This document shows positions 1 through 13,197 of a stretch of DNA of 64,000 nucleotides, one piece after another. The notes beneath the pieces are model-generated. The model did not search any database, had not been told where the DNA came from, and worked only from the letters and a program-made list of their open reading frames with translations. Numbering within the stretch: the stretch's first letter is position 1; every line of letters starts with the position of its first letter. The stretch spans positions 123,816,001 through 123,880,000 of the forward strand of contig NC_086097.1 in the NCBI RefSeq assembly GCF_963921235.1, in the 5' to 3' direction. Both the position numbers and the translations under genes were made by a program. The stretch comes from Mobula hypostoma (lineage: Eukaryota).

Positions 1-109
1 TGACTATCCTTTAAGAATACCCTGAATAGAAATGCAAAGCAGATTTTTGAGATTATTGTTTTGTATTATCCCTTACTATTTGCTTGAAATTCCTTTGTTT
101 TTCTTTCAG

Positions 110-239
110 TGAGGTGGTTGTTCCCTCTATGGTTGTTCTGAACACCTCAAACCAACAGTACTTTTTACCAGAAACACCAGTTGGGAGCACTGAGGACCTC
201 ATCAAGTTTATTAATAAGATCATGGAAGGATCAGCAGAA
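110..239 (+). CDS. TMX3: TMX3 (thioredoxin-related transmembrane protein 3), internal coding exon (third from last)
   Basis: Acceptor ttctttcag|T, donor GAA|gtaggt. Encodes EVVVPSMVVLNTSNQQYFLPETPVGSTEDLIKFINKIMEGSAE, matching recalled vertebrate TMX3 (VVLNTSNQQYFL...FINNILDG). Confidence 0.93.
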
Positions 240-525
240 GTAGGTTTATCAGTAGTTGGCATTTTTAACAAAAGTCTAATTTTATTTTTGTTTTGATGTT
301 TTCCCTCTCCCACCTCCTGATTCCACTGAACCACAGATTTATTAACCATCGCAGATTATTGAAGAGAATTTATTATTTGGTTCATTAGAGAAGTGTAAGT
401 CTGCTAACAGGAGCATCTAAATGCTGAGAATGATAAGAAAAACTACCTTATGAAAGTTCAAATTTAGCCATTTTCTTTGAGGAGGACATCAGCAAATTGT
501 CCCAGTTTCAGAAGTAAATCTTAAA

Positions 526-915
526 TTCAAGAGATTCCGCAGATGCTGGAGGAAGTCAGCAGGTCAGGCAGCCTTTAGGGAGAGTAATAAACAGTTGATG
601 TTTCGGGCCAAGTCCCTTCATCAGAACTGGAGAAGAAGGGGAAGAAGTCAGAATAAGAAAGTAGGAGGTGGGGAAGGTGTACGAGCTAGCAAGTGATCGG
701 TGAGACCAGGTGAGGGGGAGGACAGGTGGATGGGGGAGGGGTAATGAAGTGAGAAGCGGGGAGGTGATAGGTGGATAAAAGTAAAAGGCTGAAGAAGAAG
801 GAATCGGTTAGGAGATGAGAATGGACCATGGGAGAAGGGGGAAGCGGGGCACCAGAGAGAGGCGATGGGCAGGTGAGGAGAGGAGAGCCAGAATGGGGAA
901 TGGAAAAAGAGAGAA
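526..915 (-). mobile_element. Penelope-like element 3' end / pseudo-LTR fragment in TMX3 intron
   Basis: Repeat unit tgctggaggaactcagcaggtcaggcagc...gtttcgggcc...cccttcatcag plus a purine-rich tract; the same family is linked to a GIY-YIG remnant at 57133-57590. Confidence 0.8.
592..629 (-). ncRNA. Minimal type-I hammerhead ribozyme motif (PLE-associated)
   Basis: Minus strand reads CAGUU-CUGAUGA-A-GGGACUUGGCCC-GAAA-CA-UC-AACUG: complete core, 5-bp stem I, GGG/CCC stem II. Confidence 0.6.
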
Positions 916-1216
916 CTAAATCTAATTGGCTGTAATAATACAGCTAAATAATAAGTGCACAGGAGCTGCTCCTCATCTGTGAATTCAGCCATTTAGAGAA
1001 GCAAGGATGGTACAGTTGCCCCACAGAACACTTATCACTTCAGTCCTGCAAGCTCCAAATGCCATTACTCTGATTCGATTATTGAGTACATTTGGAAATT
1101 TGTTGTTAAAATTCTTGACCGTTTCCAGCTCTTAAGTGTAGTTTTGAGTTAGTTTCTTTTGCATTTTTGCTTCCTGTTCAACAGTAAATTCATTTATTCC
1201 TTCATTTGATATTCAG

Positions 1217-1285
1217 GCACAGGGAGGAGACAGTTTGTATCATCGTATTAGAAGACTGTTATATGATGGGAAGTCCACAATATTA
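1217..1285 (+). CDS. TMX3: TMX3 penultimate coding exon (69 nt)
   Basis: attcag|GCA...TTA|gtaagt, phase 0-0. Encodes AQGGDSLYHRIRRLLYDGKSTIL (TMX3: AQGGDSILQRLKRIVFDAKSTIV). Confidence 0.93.
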
Positions 1286-1715
1286 GTAAGTATTTGCACA
1301 TTTTGTTTCATTTGCAATTAAATTTGTAAATCTAGAATTATCATTATTAGCTAGAAATAAAACTAAAAGACTAATTGAGCATTGCATATATTTACAGTTC
1401 ATTGGGTTAAGATCTTACAAAGCAATTGTTTGGGTCCCATTGCAATTCAAGACAGACCATTTGAAAAATTTCTACTTTACTGTCAAGCTTCCAAACTGCT
1501 TCCAACTTTTTCCTTGCTTTGTAGGTTCCTATAGTTTCATTTTTATCCCCCTCTGATTATCATGCCCTTAAAACCTTTTCTGCACTTAAGCTTTTCCAAA
1601 CTATCCAGGTGTCACTGGTTATATCTTGTTCTCCCATGTAAAACCAACATACTCTCCCATCTTCAGCTTCCTTTTCCCTTCAAGCTGCTTAATTTTGTTG
1701 TATGTCAGAGAGCGT

Positions 1716-2283
1716 CATAGAACACTACAGCAGAGAAACAAGCATTTTGACCCATCCTAGTCTGTGCCAATCTGTTATTCTGCCTAGTCCCATCGATCTG
1801 CCTGTACCCAGACCATAGCCCTCCATACCCAACACATCCATGCACCGACCAAAATTTGTCTTAAACATTGAAATTGAAACCACACCATCACTCCTGCTGG
1901 CAGCTCATTCCACACACTCACCTTCTGAGTGAAGAAGTTCCCTTCATGTTCACCTTTCATCCTAAAGCCATGACCTCTAGTTCTAGTCTCATCCAACCTC
2001 AGGGGAAAATGCCTTTCTGTATTTACCCTATCTATACCCCTTCATAATTTTGTATACCTTTATCAAATGTTCCCTCGTTCTCCTATGCTCCAGAGAATAA
2101 AGTCCTAACCTGTTCAATCTTATTGATGTCTTTCTCATAGGTAGGTGACCAGAACTGTATACTCCAAACTAGGCCTCAGCAATGTCTTATACAACTTCAG
2201 TGTAACATCTGAACTCCTATACTCAATACTTTGATTTATGAAGTCAAATGTGCTAAAAGCTCTCTTTACGACCCTATCTGCAA
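1716..2283 (-). mobile_element. CR1 LINE 3' fragment (decayed)
   Basis: ORF remnant ETRTRGHG...NFFTQKVSVWNELP, typical of the CR1 ORF2 C-terminus. Confidence 0.85.
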
Positions 2284-2950
2284 CCAACTTTGTGAAATTC
2301 CCTGCATAAAATAAAAAACTTACTTTATAAATACCATTAAAATTTTCTGTCTGGTGAGTGTGAATTTAGTAATTTAATTTCTTGGCTCTATCTCCCATCG
2401 ATGACCAATTATACCTCTTCCACTTTCAACATTTTTCTCCACTTTTCTCCATTGTTTCACTTTGGGGCCTCTCATTGGTGTTATTTTTACTTGTCTAGGA
2501 TTTTTCTGGAATGATTTCTCTTCCCGCTCCCAACATTTTGACTTGCCCACACCACTTCAACATGCAGATGGTTCTCTTTAGCTGCATTATTCATTAACAT
2601 TAAATTACTTTTTCCACACAGAACCTGAGGACACCCATAATCTACATTTTCTCCACCTTGCACAAACCTCGTACATCTGTCTTGTAAGTCTTGCTTGTCC
2701 AAGGCACACACAGACAACGTGCAGGGTGTCCACCTCTGTTACCTGCTTTACCCCTGAATTAGCCCATCTGTTGCTGAAACCTCCTTTTGTTTCTCTGACG
2801 CTTCTAGAGTCATTATCATGGTGAATGTTAATTTGTGTAATTAGTACGACAGTCTCGATATGATACTGTGATAGTCGGGGAGTCGAAGACCAGAGGACAT
2901 AGCATTAGAATACAAGGACATCCATTTAGAACAGAGATGAGGAGAAATTT

Positions 2951-3788
2951 CATAGAAACATAGAAACATAGAAAATAGGTGCAGGAGTAGGCCATTCGGC
3001 CCTTCGAGCCTGCACCGCCATTTATTATGATCATGGCTGATCATCCAACTCAGAACCCAGCCTTCCCTCCATACCCCCTGACCCCTGTAGCCACAAGGGC
3101 CATATCTAACTTCCTTTTAAACATAGCTAATGAACTGGCCTCAACAGTTTGCTGTGGCAGAGAATTCCACAGATTCACCACTCTCTGTGTGAAGAAGTTT
3201 TTCCTAACCTCGGTCCTAAAAGGCTTCCCCTCTATCCTCAAACTGTGACCCCTCGTTCTAGACCTCCCCAACATCGGAAACAATCTTCCCGCATCTAGCC
3301 TGTCCAATCCCTTTAGGATCTTATACGTTTCAATCAGATCCCCCCTCAATCTTCTAAATTCCAACGAGTACAAGCCCAGTTCATCCAGTCTTTCTTCATA
3401 TGAAAGACCTGCCATCCCAGGAATCAATCTGGTGAACCTTCTTTGTACTCCCTCTATGGCAAAGATGTCTTTCCTCAGATTAGGGGACCAAAACTGCACA
3501 CAATACTCCAGGTGTGGTCTCACCAAGGCCTTGTACAACTGCAGTAGTACCCCCCTGCTCCTGTACTCGAATCCTCTCGCTATAAATGCCAGCATACCGT
3601 TCGCCTTTTTCACCGCCTGCTGTACCTGCATGCCCACTTTCAATGACTGGTGTATAATGACACCCAGGTCTCGTTGCACCTCCCCTTTTCCTAATCGGCC
3701 ACCATTCAGATAATAATCTGTTTTCCTATTTTTGCCACCAAAGTGGATAACTTCACATTTATCCACATTAAATTGCATCTGCCATGAG
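2951..3788 (-). mobile_element. Young 5'-truncated CR1 LINE inserted into an older + strand CR1 fragment (about 2873-3962)
   Basis: Uninterrupted ORF WQMQFNVDKCEVIHFG...LVRPHLEYCVQFWSP...RVVNLWNSLP and a (TTTCTATG)n tail at 2951-2974. The older element's gatgaggagaaattt|tagccaaagagtggtg is split by the insertion. Confidence 0.92.
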
Positions 3789-4104
3789 TAGCCAAAGAGT
3801 GGTGAATCTGTGGAATTCATTGCCACAGATTGCTCTGGTCATGGGGTATATTTAAAGCAGTAGAATTGTTTCGGGGAGAAGGCTGGAGAATGGGGCTGAG
3901 AGGGGATGGCAGAGCAGACTTGATGGTCCAAATAACCTAATTCTGCTCCCATGTCTTATGGTAAAACTAAATCTTTAATCTCTCATACAGTTGATAATTT
4001 TAAGAAAGTTTGCTAGATAACAACATTCTTTGCCGTGTTTTTTCTGTCTTCTTCACATGAAAAAATAAAAAATACTGATATTGTGTCCTTTTGTGCTTAA
4101 TTAG

Positions 4105-4395
4105 TCAGTGTTTAAGGCCTCCCCCCTCCTCGGCTGCTTTCTCTTTGGTCTGCCTCTGGGAGTTATTAGCATCATGTGTTACGGAATCTGGACGGCAGAT
4201 GGGGAATATGAACCCGAAGAAGGAGAACTACTCCAGAGTGAAGCCATTGAACAGGGAGATGCAGAGCCCCACGACGGAGAAAAGGAGGAAAATGGCAATG
4301 AAGATGAAAAGGATGATGCAACTACAGAAAGTTCAGAAGCACTCAAAGATGAAGAACTGGAAGAGAAAAGCATGGTAGAAAAGAAAACAGATTAA
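4105..4395 (+). CDS. TMX3: TMX3 last coding exon: transmembrane helix, acidic tail, C-terminal KKTD ER-retrieval motif
   Basis: ttag|TCA GTG TTT AAG. Encodes SVFKASPLLGCFLFGLPLGVISIMCYGIWTAD...EKKTD*; the TM segment is near-identical to recalled TMX3. Confidence 0.95.
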   Translation, partial: SVFKASPLLGCFLFGLPLGVISIMCYGIWTADGEYEPEEGELLQSEAIEQGDAEPHDGEKEENGNEDEKDDATTESSEALKDEELEEKSMVEKKTD

Positions 4396-7014
4396 CATAT
4401 AGTTTATGAATTCCCATCAGGATTTCAGAATGATTAAGTGTATGTGACATTTGAACATCAGTGAAAAATGTTGGAAATTAAAAGCAAGTGGTGTACTTGC
4501 CTTCCAAGATTGACCTGTACTTTTACAGAGACCATCTGGGCCCAAAGAACTTTGAATGATCACATAAATTACATTTTGTTCTTTAGATATAGGTAGTTTT
4601 GGTGGAATCCCTGTTATCTGTCATTACAGGGAAGATTTCTGGTTGTTAATACAAATTGGCGGATATCAAGGATTCCCTGCAGCTTGGTCTTCTGACCACA
4701 GTATCCAAGGTTCAGGTGCAAAGGCACATGTGGTTAACAACCAAACATTAACAGATCTCACAGTCTAATGATGTTTCAGATGATGGCTTTGACCCACCAA
4801 GTAATTAGGAGATGGATAAGAATTCCCTCAGTAGCTTTGAGTTCACACTGAATTTGTCACAAAAGTAAAAGAGATCATATTATGAGTGGATTTACATTGT
4901 TCACAGTCATATCAATCTTCTTCTTCCACTTCCTTAATTAAGAATTGGATAATCTAATGAAGAGTATTTTACCTTGTCACATCAGGCAGTTTTTATATTT
5001 AGAAGGTAACTGGTTTAAAAATTGTGCAGATGGCACTTTTAGGTCAAGTAAGATCAAAACTTATCTCATTGCAGTTTCTCTTAATTACAAATATTGCCAC
5101 TTTATCATCTGAACACAAGACTCAAGCGTTTTTTTTAAATGCATGCATGTTGGTTTAAAACGAAATCAAGTCCCCTCAAGTGACCATTTTTTAATGATTA
5201 ATCTTACACCGTAGCTGCAGTATCTGTAATGTCATAGGAACAATGTGAACAAAGAATGGAAAATAAACTGTGATCATTTTTTAACTTGGTGTTTGATGAT
5301 TACTTATATAAAATCCAATTATACCACTATAGATGTGCAATGTCCACAAATGAGCAGTTCAGATATAACAAACTGTTGCCATAGGATTTCCAGCAACTGC
5401 AGAATCTCTTGTGTTTATGAATTGCTATAGCACATGCTGTTTTGGGTCCCTATCATACCTTTAATGGGAAGTGCACTGCTAATGTTGCAGTAGCTAGGAG
5501 TGGACTAGTGTAAGTTGTTGATATTTAAGATTCACATTAAGATGGATCTTTAGCCAATCTTTCCAAACAAAAGCAGGTTTAAGGGTGCTTTAAATCTAAC
5601 CATGTTGATTATCTGGGATTTACTGTCTCTTATAAAACCTCAAGACCATAGACAGAAGTGCAGATTTAGGCCACACAGCCCATCAAGTCTGCTCTGCCAT
5701 TCCATCATGTCTGATTTATTTTCTCTCTCAACCCCATTCTCCTGCTGTCTCCCCATAACCTTTGATTCCCTCGCTAATCAAGGACCTTCCAACCACTTTT
5801 TTAAAATATACTTAATGACCTGCCCTCCACAGACAACTTTAGCAATGAATATGGGCAATTAAGGAATAAAATTACTGTAGGAAGCCATCAAGAGCCTCAC
5901 AAAACTGCACCTGAGTATCCAGCTTGTTTCTGCAGGAATATCTACGCATCCTCCTGAGATGTCTAAACTGTGGTGTTATTTGTAGTCCAAACTGTGCCTT
6001 GTAAGAGAAGAACCTAAAGTCAGTGCAGTACATATTTTATAAAATGCCTCTGTAAACTAAGAATTGCAGTGCAGACCAGTTTAGTAATGTGCAGGGCTGT
6101 AAACTGCATTTGCATAGTGGTGATAGAACCAGCTAAGCCAGTTGGCAGCTACAAATAAAAAGCACTTCCTTCAGAAGATAGTAGAATGTGCTTCTTCTAT
6201 TAAAGAAAACCTCCAGTCTAATTTACTCTCATCTCTTTGCATCTAACTTATTTTAATTTGCAGTAGCTCAAATAAACCACAGGCTTCTGATGTTTACATT
6301 GCATCTCCAGCTAAATGCAAAACTTGTGATTTTTATCTGTTTGCAATGGTTAATTGTGCTACATCCCAAACTTGGTGTAAAGCTACTAATACATTGGTTT
6401 TGAATAAATTGGTTTACTGAAATGGGGACCATTTTTTTTTAAAAAGCACCCGTCATTCCCTCCCTTAAGTTAGCCATCTCGTAACTGTTATCTGCAGTAG
6501 CCGTTACTAGGAGCTTAGTGCCAGACGGCTGAACTCCAGTCAGCATCGCTCTCGGAATCTCAGGAACTCAGGAGCCTCACTACCAAGACAAGGTGACCAT
6601 CATAAGAGATAGGGGCAGAATTAGGCCATTCAGCCCGTTGAGTCTGTTCCGCCATTCCATCTCAACCCCATTCTTCTGCCTTCTCACTGTAACCTTTGAC
6701 GCCTTTACTAATCAAGAACCTGTCAACCTCCTCTTTAAATATACCCAGTGACTTGGCCTCCCACAGCTGGCTCTGGTAATGAATTCCACTAATTCACCAC
6801 CCTCTAGCTGAAAATTATTAAATTAAAGTTCTTAAACTAGATGGAGAACTGGCCAGGATCCTTAATCCTGTTTGGTGACCAGTGACTTGTCAGCGCTATA
6901 AATGTGGAGTAAAACCAGAATCAGGTTGGTATAGGATTTCCTCTCTAATAGTCAGTTGCCTCTCCTGGTCTTAGGTGAGACAACAGAATACTTCTTGTGA
7001 TAATAAACAGATCG

Positions 7015-7390
7015 GAGTCAAAGTTCAAAGTGAATTTATGTAGATGTCACCATGTACTACCCTGAGATTCATTTTCTTGCTGACATTCACAGTAAAACAA
7101 AGAAAATACAACATAATCAATGAAAAACTGCACACAGATTGACTAACAATCTATATGCAAAGGAAGACAACTGTGCGAAAAAAACAAATAATAATAAACA
7201 AATAACTGAGAAAATGAGTTGTTGTGTCCTTGAAAGTGAGTCCATAGCTTCTGAAATCAATCCAGAGTTGAGGTGAGTGAAGTTATCTATGTTGGTTTGG
7301 GAGCCTGATGGTTAAATAGTGCTATCTGTTCCTGAACCTAGTGGTGTGGGACCTAAGACTCCTGTACTTCCTCTCTTGTGGCAGTAGCAT
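7015..7390 (-). mobile_element. Rex1/L2-like LINE 3' end repeat (other copies at 9898-11770 and 54953-55280)
   Basis: Shared block aaagttcaaagt.aatttat...atgtcacc.t.tactaccctgagattc.ttttcttgc recurs in the window; family assignment is tentative. Confidence 0.55.
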
Positions 7391-9104
7391 CCATCATCAA
7401 ACACCCCATGCTCCAGGTCAGCATCTAAAAAGAGGTTAGATAAAAAAAAGAAACCTATGGAAGTGGGAAAGAAGAGGATAAATTGTACCTTTTACAACAA
7501 ACTTGAAATGCAGATCTAATATCAATTTGCTAACTGCACTTAAATATAAAAATCTTAGACATTAGTCTTCAAAAAAAGGGATTGTTGATGGTGAAGAACT
7601 AAGGTACATTGTGGCTTATATGCACATAAGACATACTGTACGAGCAGAATTAGACCTTCTCCCCGTAACCTTTGAAGCCCTGACTAATCAAGAACCTATC
7701 AACCTCCACATTAAGCAAACTCAATGACTTGGCCTCCGCAGCCGCCTGTCGCAATGAATTCCACAGATTCACCAGCCTCTGGTTAAAGAAATTCCTCCTC
7801 ATTCACGCAACACACACAGAAAGCTGGAGGAACTCAGCAGGTCAGGCTGCATCTATGGAAAAAAATAAACAGTCAGCATTTTGGGTGTGACCCTTCTTCA
7901 GGACTGAAGAAGTTCTTGCAGCATTCTGTATGTGTTGCTTTGGGTTTACAGCATCTGCGAACTTCCTTGACGATTCCTCCTCATCTCTGGTTTTCTATTC
8001 TGAGGCTCTGATCTCTGGTCCTAGACCTCCCCCTCTACAGAAAACATCATCTCCACGTTCACTCTATCCAGGTCTTTCAATATTCAATGGGATATTGTAC
8101 ATACTTGTTCCTTGTGTTTCATCGTTGCACCAAGCATTGGAATATAAAACCCAGGTGTACTTTACAAATTTTAATGAATTTGTTAGGACTCAGGCAAAAA
8201 AATTATCCATTGAAAAATTATCCAGGGTTGTATATGGTGTTATATATGTACTTTGATAATAAAATAAACTTTGAACTTTAAGAGAGAAAGTTATTCCATC
8301 AAATGAATGTACCTCTGGATTAGGTTTCAGTAGAATCTGTTGAATTAAGGTCTTCATGTTACTCGTGGTTGTATACCAGACTAATACTGGATAAAGACCA
8401 AAAATTGGTTGACAATCATGTTTCTATAATCCCTATTCAAGCACTTTCAACAAATAGATCTGTTCCATAGCTTCCATCCTTTTCTCTCTGGTAAAGATAG
8501 TTATCTTATATACCTGCTGCAATGTGAATTACATTAATCTAAGAATAAAAGATTGCAATTATCACTGCCCATTACATACTTGAGAAAATTAATATTAATT
8601 TAAAATTTGTAAAATTGTGATGTTCATTTTCATGAGGCAAGAACATTTGTAGTGAGACTGTTTAACTGCTGGTGGTTCTGGGAACAGACAGCCACTTCTT
8701 AAATTTACGAAACACCTTTGCCTACTTCTTTGTTTGTTAAGTCTGATTTTTTTTCACACTAAGTTTGTTAATAGAATGCCGATAAGTAACCTAAATAATT
8801 TTTTCATTAAAAAGTTACTGTTACAAGTTTACTGTCAAATACCACTTACAGATGTAAGAATTCATTTTTGTTAAGTTGGAATATGCATTTGGCATTTTTT
8901 ATGAATAAAGTTCAGAAAACTTTTATTTGGTCTTAAGTTTAAAAATTACTAAAATCATCCTATATTTGGCATTATATGGTTTTGAATGTGTGGTGAAACT
9001 TGCTGAAGACAACTTTGCTGCTTAACTTTTGACATGCGGAAAGTGAATTAACGTTCTGCATTAACTTAAAGAGGACTTTTTTCTAACTTGCATGCATTTA
9101 TATT

Positions 9105-9603
9105 CACTAGATGGCCACTTTATTAGGTACAGGAGTAGAACCCAGGGTGGTCATCCACTTCAAGGTTTGACGCGTTGTGCTTTCAGAGATGATATTCTGC
9201 ACACCAATGTCATAATGCATGGTTATCTGAGTTATTGTGGCCTTCCTACCAGCTTCAGTCTGTTCATACTCCTCTGAGCTCTCTCCATCACCCACAGAAC
9301 TGCGACGTTCTGGATGTTTTATGTTTCTTGCAGCATTTTTCGTAAACTCTAGAGAATGTTGTGCATGAAATTCCCAGGAGATCAGCAGTTTCTGAGATAC
9401 TCAAACCATCCTGTTTGGCACCAACAATCATTCCATTGTCAAAGTCACTTGGATCATATTTCTTCCTGATCTGATGTTTGGTTTGAACAACAATTGAAAC
9501 TCTTGACCATGCTTTTATGCATTGAATTACTGCCACATGATTGACTGATATGTGCATTAACAAGCAGGTGTACACATGTACCTAATAAAGTGGCCACTGT
9601 GTG
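9105..9603 (-). mobile_element. Tc1-derived non-autonomous DNA element (MITE-like)
   Basis: TIRs (cac...tggccactttattaggtac / gtacctaataaagtggccactgtgtg|ta). Internal remnant SDFDNGMIVGAKQDGLSISETADLLGISCTTFSRVY resembles the Tc1 N-terminal HTH. Confidence 0.85.
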
Positions 9604-9939
9604 TATATTTACCACCCAATCAATAAAACCACTATCCAATCTGAAGCATAAAAAGTTCACATCATCCAGAGAAGGACAGAAATACAAACAAGGATTTGAA
9701 GAGAAATGCCACCGAGCACAGGTAGGTACACCTGCTAGGAAATGCATTATGATTTAGTCAATGCCATCTAAAAGTGGACATTTTATTCAATGGAAATGAA
9801 GCAAGACTTCCCAGATTGTAGAATCTTTAGCTGCAAATATCCTCAAAGCTGTATTACTCTCACTAGAAGTTCAACCATTGTCCCATTTTTTATATACGTT
9901 CAAAATAAATTTATTATCAAAGTACATATATGTCACCAT

Positions 9940-11511
9940 CCTCCAAGACGACCACAACCTTGTCGTGGTTTAGAGTCTTGCATGCCTCAATGACACGGAA
10001 AGCTATGCTAGCTAGAGTCAGGGTTTTGCACTTTGGTTCTTGGTAAGGTCACCTATGCTAAACAGGTCAAAGGGTAGAGGCCAGACTAAGAGTGGTCCAC
10101 CGGTCCTCCAGGTTTGGGGGTTCAGCTCAGAGCTCTCAACTCTGACTGGTCAAACAAACTGACTGGGAGGTTAGTTAGGAAAATTCAGTCGCTAGGTATA
10201 CATGGAGAGGTGGTAAATTGGATTAGACATTGGCTCAATGGAAGAAGCCAGAGAGTGGTGGTAGAAAATTGCTTCTCTGAGTGGAGACCTGTGACTAGTG
10301 GTGTGCCACAGGGATCAGTGCTGGGTCCATTGTTATTTGTCATCTATATCAATGATCTGGATGATAATGTGGTAAATTGGATCAGCAAGTTTACTGATGA
10401 TACAAAGATTGGAGGTGTAGTAGACAGTGAGGAAGGTTTTCAGAGCCTGCAGAGGGACTTGGACCAGCTGGAAAAATGGGCTAAAAAATGGCAGATGGAG
10501 TTTAATACTGACAAGTGTGAGGTATTGCACGTTGAAAGGACAAACCAACATAGAACATACAGGGTTAATGGTAAGGCACTGAGGAGTGCAGTGGAACAGA
10601 GGGATCTGGGAATACACATACAAAATTCCCTAAAAGTGGCGTCACAGGTAGATAGGGTCGTAAAGAGAGCTTTTGGTACATTGGCCTTTATTAATCGAAG
10701 TATTGAGTATAAGAGCTGGAATGTTATGATGAGGTTTATAAGGCATTGGTGAGGCCGAATCTGGAGTATTGTGTTCAGTTTTGGTCACCAAATTACAGGA
10801 AGGATATAAATAAGGTTGAAAGAGTGCAGAGATGGTTTACAAGGAGGTTGCCGGGACTTGAGAAACTCAGTTACAGAGAAAGGTTGAATAGGTTGGGACT
10901 TTATTCCCTGGAGCATAGAAGAATGAGGGGAGATTTGATAGAGGTATATAAAATTATGATGGGTATAGATAGAGTGAATGCAAGCAGGCTTTTTCCACTG
11001 AGGCAAGGAGAGAAAAAAACCAGAGGACATGGGTTAAGGGTGAGGGGGGAAAAGTTTAAAGGGAACATTAGCGGGGGGCTTCTTCACACAGAGAGTGGTG
11101 GGAGTATGGAATGAGCTGCCAGACGAGGTGGTAAATGCGAGTTCTCTTTTAACATTTAAGAATAAATTGGACAGATACATGGATGGGAGGTGTATGGAGG
11201 GATATGGTTCATGTGCAGATCAGTGGGACTAGGCAGAAAATGGTTCGGCACAGCCAAGAAGGGCCAAAAGGCCTGTTTCTGTGCTGTAGTTTCTATGGTT
11301 TCAGAAAATATTTACGGAAACAGCAATGAAGAATCCTTCCACATCTGAGTGCAGTGGGATTCTTGAGTGTCCACACGGGACTTGCATGACTGATAGTAGT
11401 GAAAACCAAGAGAAAACTACTGACACAATGAAGGAAGTCTTGAACATCGCCAGAGAAAGAGGACCTTCATTGCTACCCTAAATACCAGCGGCATAACAGG
11501 CAGTAAGTAAG
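9940..11511 (+). mobile_element. RTE-derived non-autonomous retroelement, interrupted by a CR1
   Basis: 5' part ccttgtcgtgg...cttgcatgcctcaatga...agctatg...ggtcacc...gtggtccac resembles the RTE/BovB 5' UTR; (GTAA)n tail; degenerate TSD 9927-9939 / 11512-11524. Confidence 0.65.
10164..11302 (+). mobile_element. CR1 LINE, 5'-truncated (RT domain to 3' tail)
   Basis: VTSGVPQGSVLGPLLFVIYINDLD...KFTDDTK motifs; near-identical to 17992-19127; tail tttctatggtttc. Confidence 0.93.
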
Positions 11512-12384
11512 TGTATATCATCATATACTACCCAGAGATTTATTTTCTTGCAGGCATGCACAGTAAAACAAAGAAATACAATGGAATCATTGAAAACTAC
11601 ACACAAAGACTGACAGACAAATGAAGACAAACTACAAATAAAAATAAATAAATAATACTGAGAGCAAGTGTTGTCAAGTCCTTGAAAGTGAGTCCATAGT
11701 TTATGGAATCAGTTTGGAGCTGTTTTGAGTGAAGTTATCCACACTGATACAGGAGCCTGATAGTTGTAGGGTTTACAACCTTATAATGGCTGTAGTTCAA
11801 GGGAAGTCTCTAAGCAAATGCATCTCCAATGCACATAAGGAATGCATCTCTTTTGTGCTGTGGGGAATTCTTTTGTCAAAACACTTCAAGATTGCTTTAT
11901 AAAGGCTTGGACCTAAGCTAAATCCCATCTCCTTGACCTTATCTGAAAATGAAATTCCAACAAAAAATTTACTCCATTATAAACACAAGAGATTCTGCAG
12001 ATGCTGGAAATCCAGAGCAATACATGCAAAACACTGGCGGAACTTAGAATGTCAGGCAGCATCGGTGGAGAGGAATAAACAGTCAATGTTTGGGCCAAGG
12101 TCTGGAAAGAAAGGGGTAGAAGCCAGAATTATTCCACTATTTAATCATTCATTGTGCACCTTGGGTAAAGGTATTTGTTTTTGAAAAGGAAGGTGGGAGA
12201 TGTTAGGTTTCTACTCGTTAGCTAAAACACAACTAAAAGATGCAAACACAAGGAAATCTGCAGATGCTGGAAATTCAAGCAACACACACAAAATGCTGGT
12301 GGAACACAGCAGGCCAGGCAGCATCTATAGGAAGAAGTACGGTCGATGTTTCGGGCCAAGACCTTCCTGAAGGGTATAACTAGG

Positions 12385-13197
12385 TCATTCAGCCCATCAT
12401 GGCTGATTTATCATCTCTCTCAACGCCATTCTCCTGCCTTCTCCCCGTAACCTTTGGCAGCCTAATTAATCAAGAATCTATCAACCTCTGCCTTAAATAA
12501 ACGTAATGATTTGACTTGCGCAGTGATCCGTGGAAAAGAATTCCACATATTCATATTCACCAACCCCCGGGCAAAGAATTTTTTCTTAATAACTGTTCTA
12601 AAAGGACATTCCTCAATTCTGACACTGTGCCCTCTGTTCCTAGACTCCCCCACTACAGGAAACATCCTCTTCATATCCACTCTGTCCAGACCTTTCAATA
12701 TTCGATAGGTTTCAATGAGATCTCCCCTCTCCAGTGAGTACAGGCCCAGAGCCATCAAATGCTCCTCATTCAACCCTTTCATTCCTGGGATCATTCTTAT
12801 GAACCTCTGATAAACTCTCTCCAATGCCAGCACAACCTTTCATAGATAAGGGTCCCAAAACTGCTCATGATAATTCAAGTGCATTCTGACCAATGCCTTA
12901 TAAATCCTCAACATTACAGTCTTGCTTTTGAAATGAATGCTAACAATGCATTTGCATTCCTTACCACTGGCTCAACCTGCAAGTTAACCTTTAGAGAAGT
13001 CTGCATGAGGACTCCCAAGTTGCTCTGCACCTCTGATTTTTGAATTTTCTGACGTACAAGATAATCCAACCCTTTATTCTTCTTGCCAAAGTGCATGACT
13101 ATGCACTTCCCTACATTATATTCCATCTGCTACTCCTTTGCCCATTCCCTGAATCATCTAAGTCCTTCTGCAGACACTCTGCTTCCTCAAAACAACC
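12385..13197 (-). mobile_element. CR1 LINE 3' fragment (decayed), flanked by PLE repeats
   Basis: ORF remnants MEYNVGKCIVMHFG and GLYSLERGDLIETYRILKGLDRVD. Confidence 0.85.

Noticed and set aside
4091..4378. Overlapping alternative ORFs on both strands of the TMX3 last exon
   Set aside because: Shadow frames of the purine-rich acidic tail; only the 4105-4395 frame matches TMX3.
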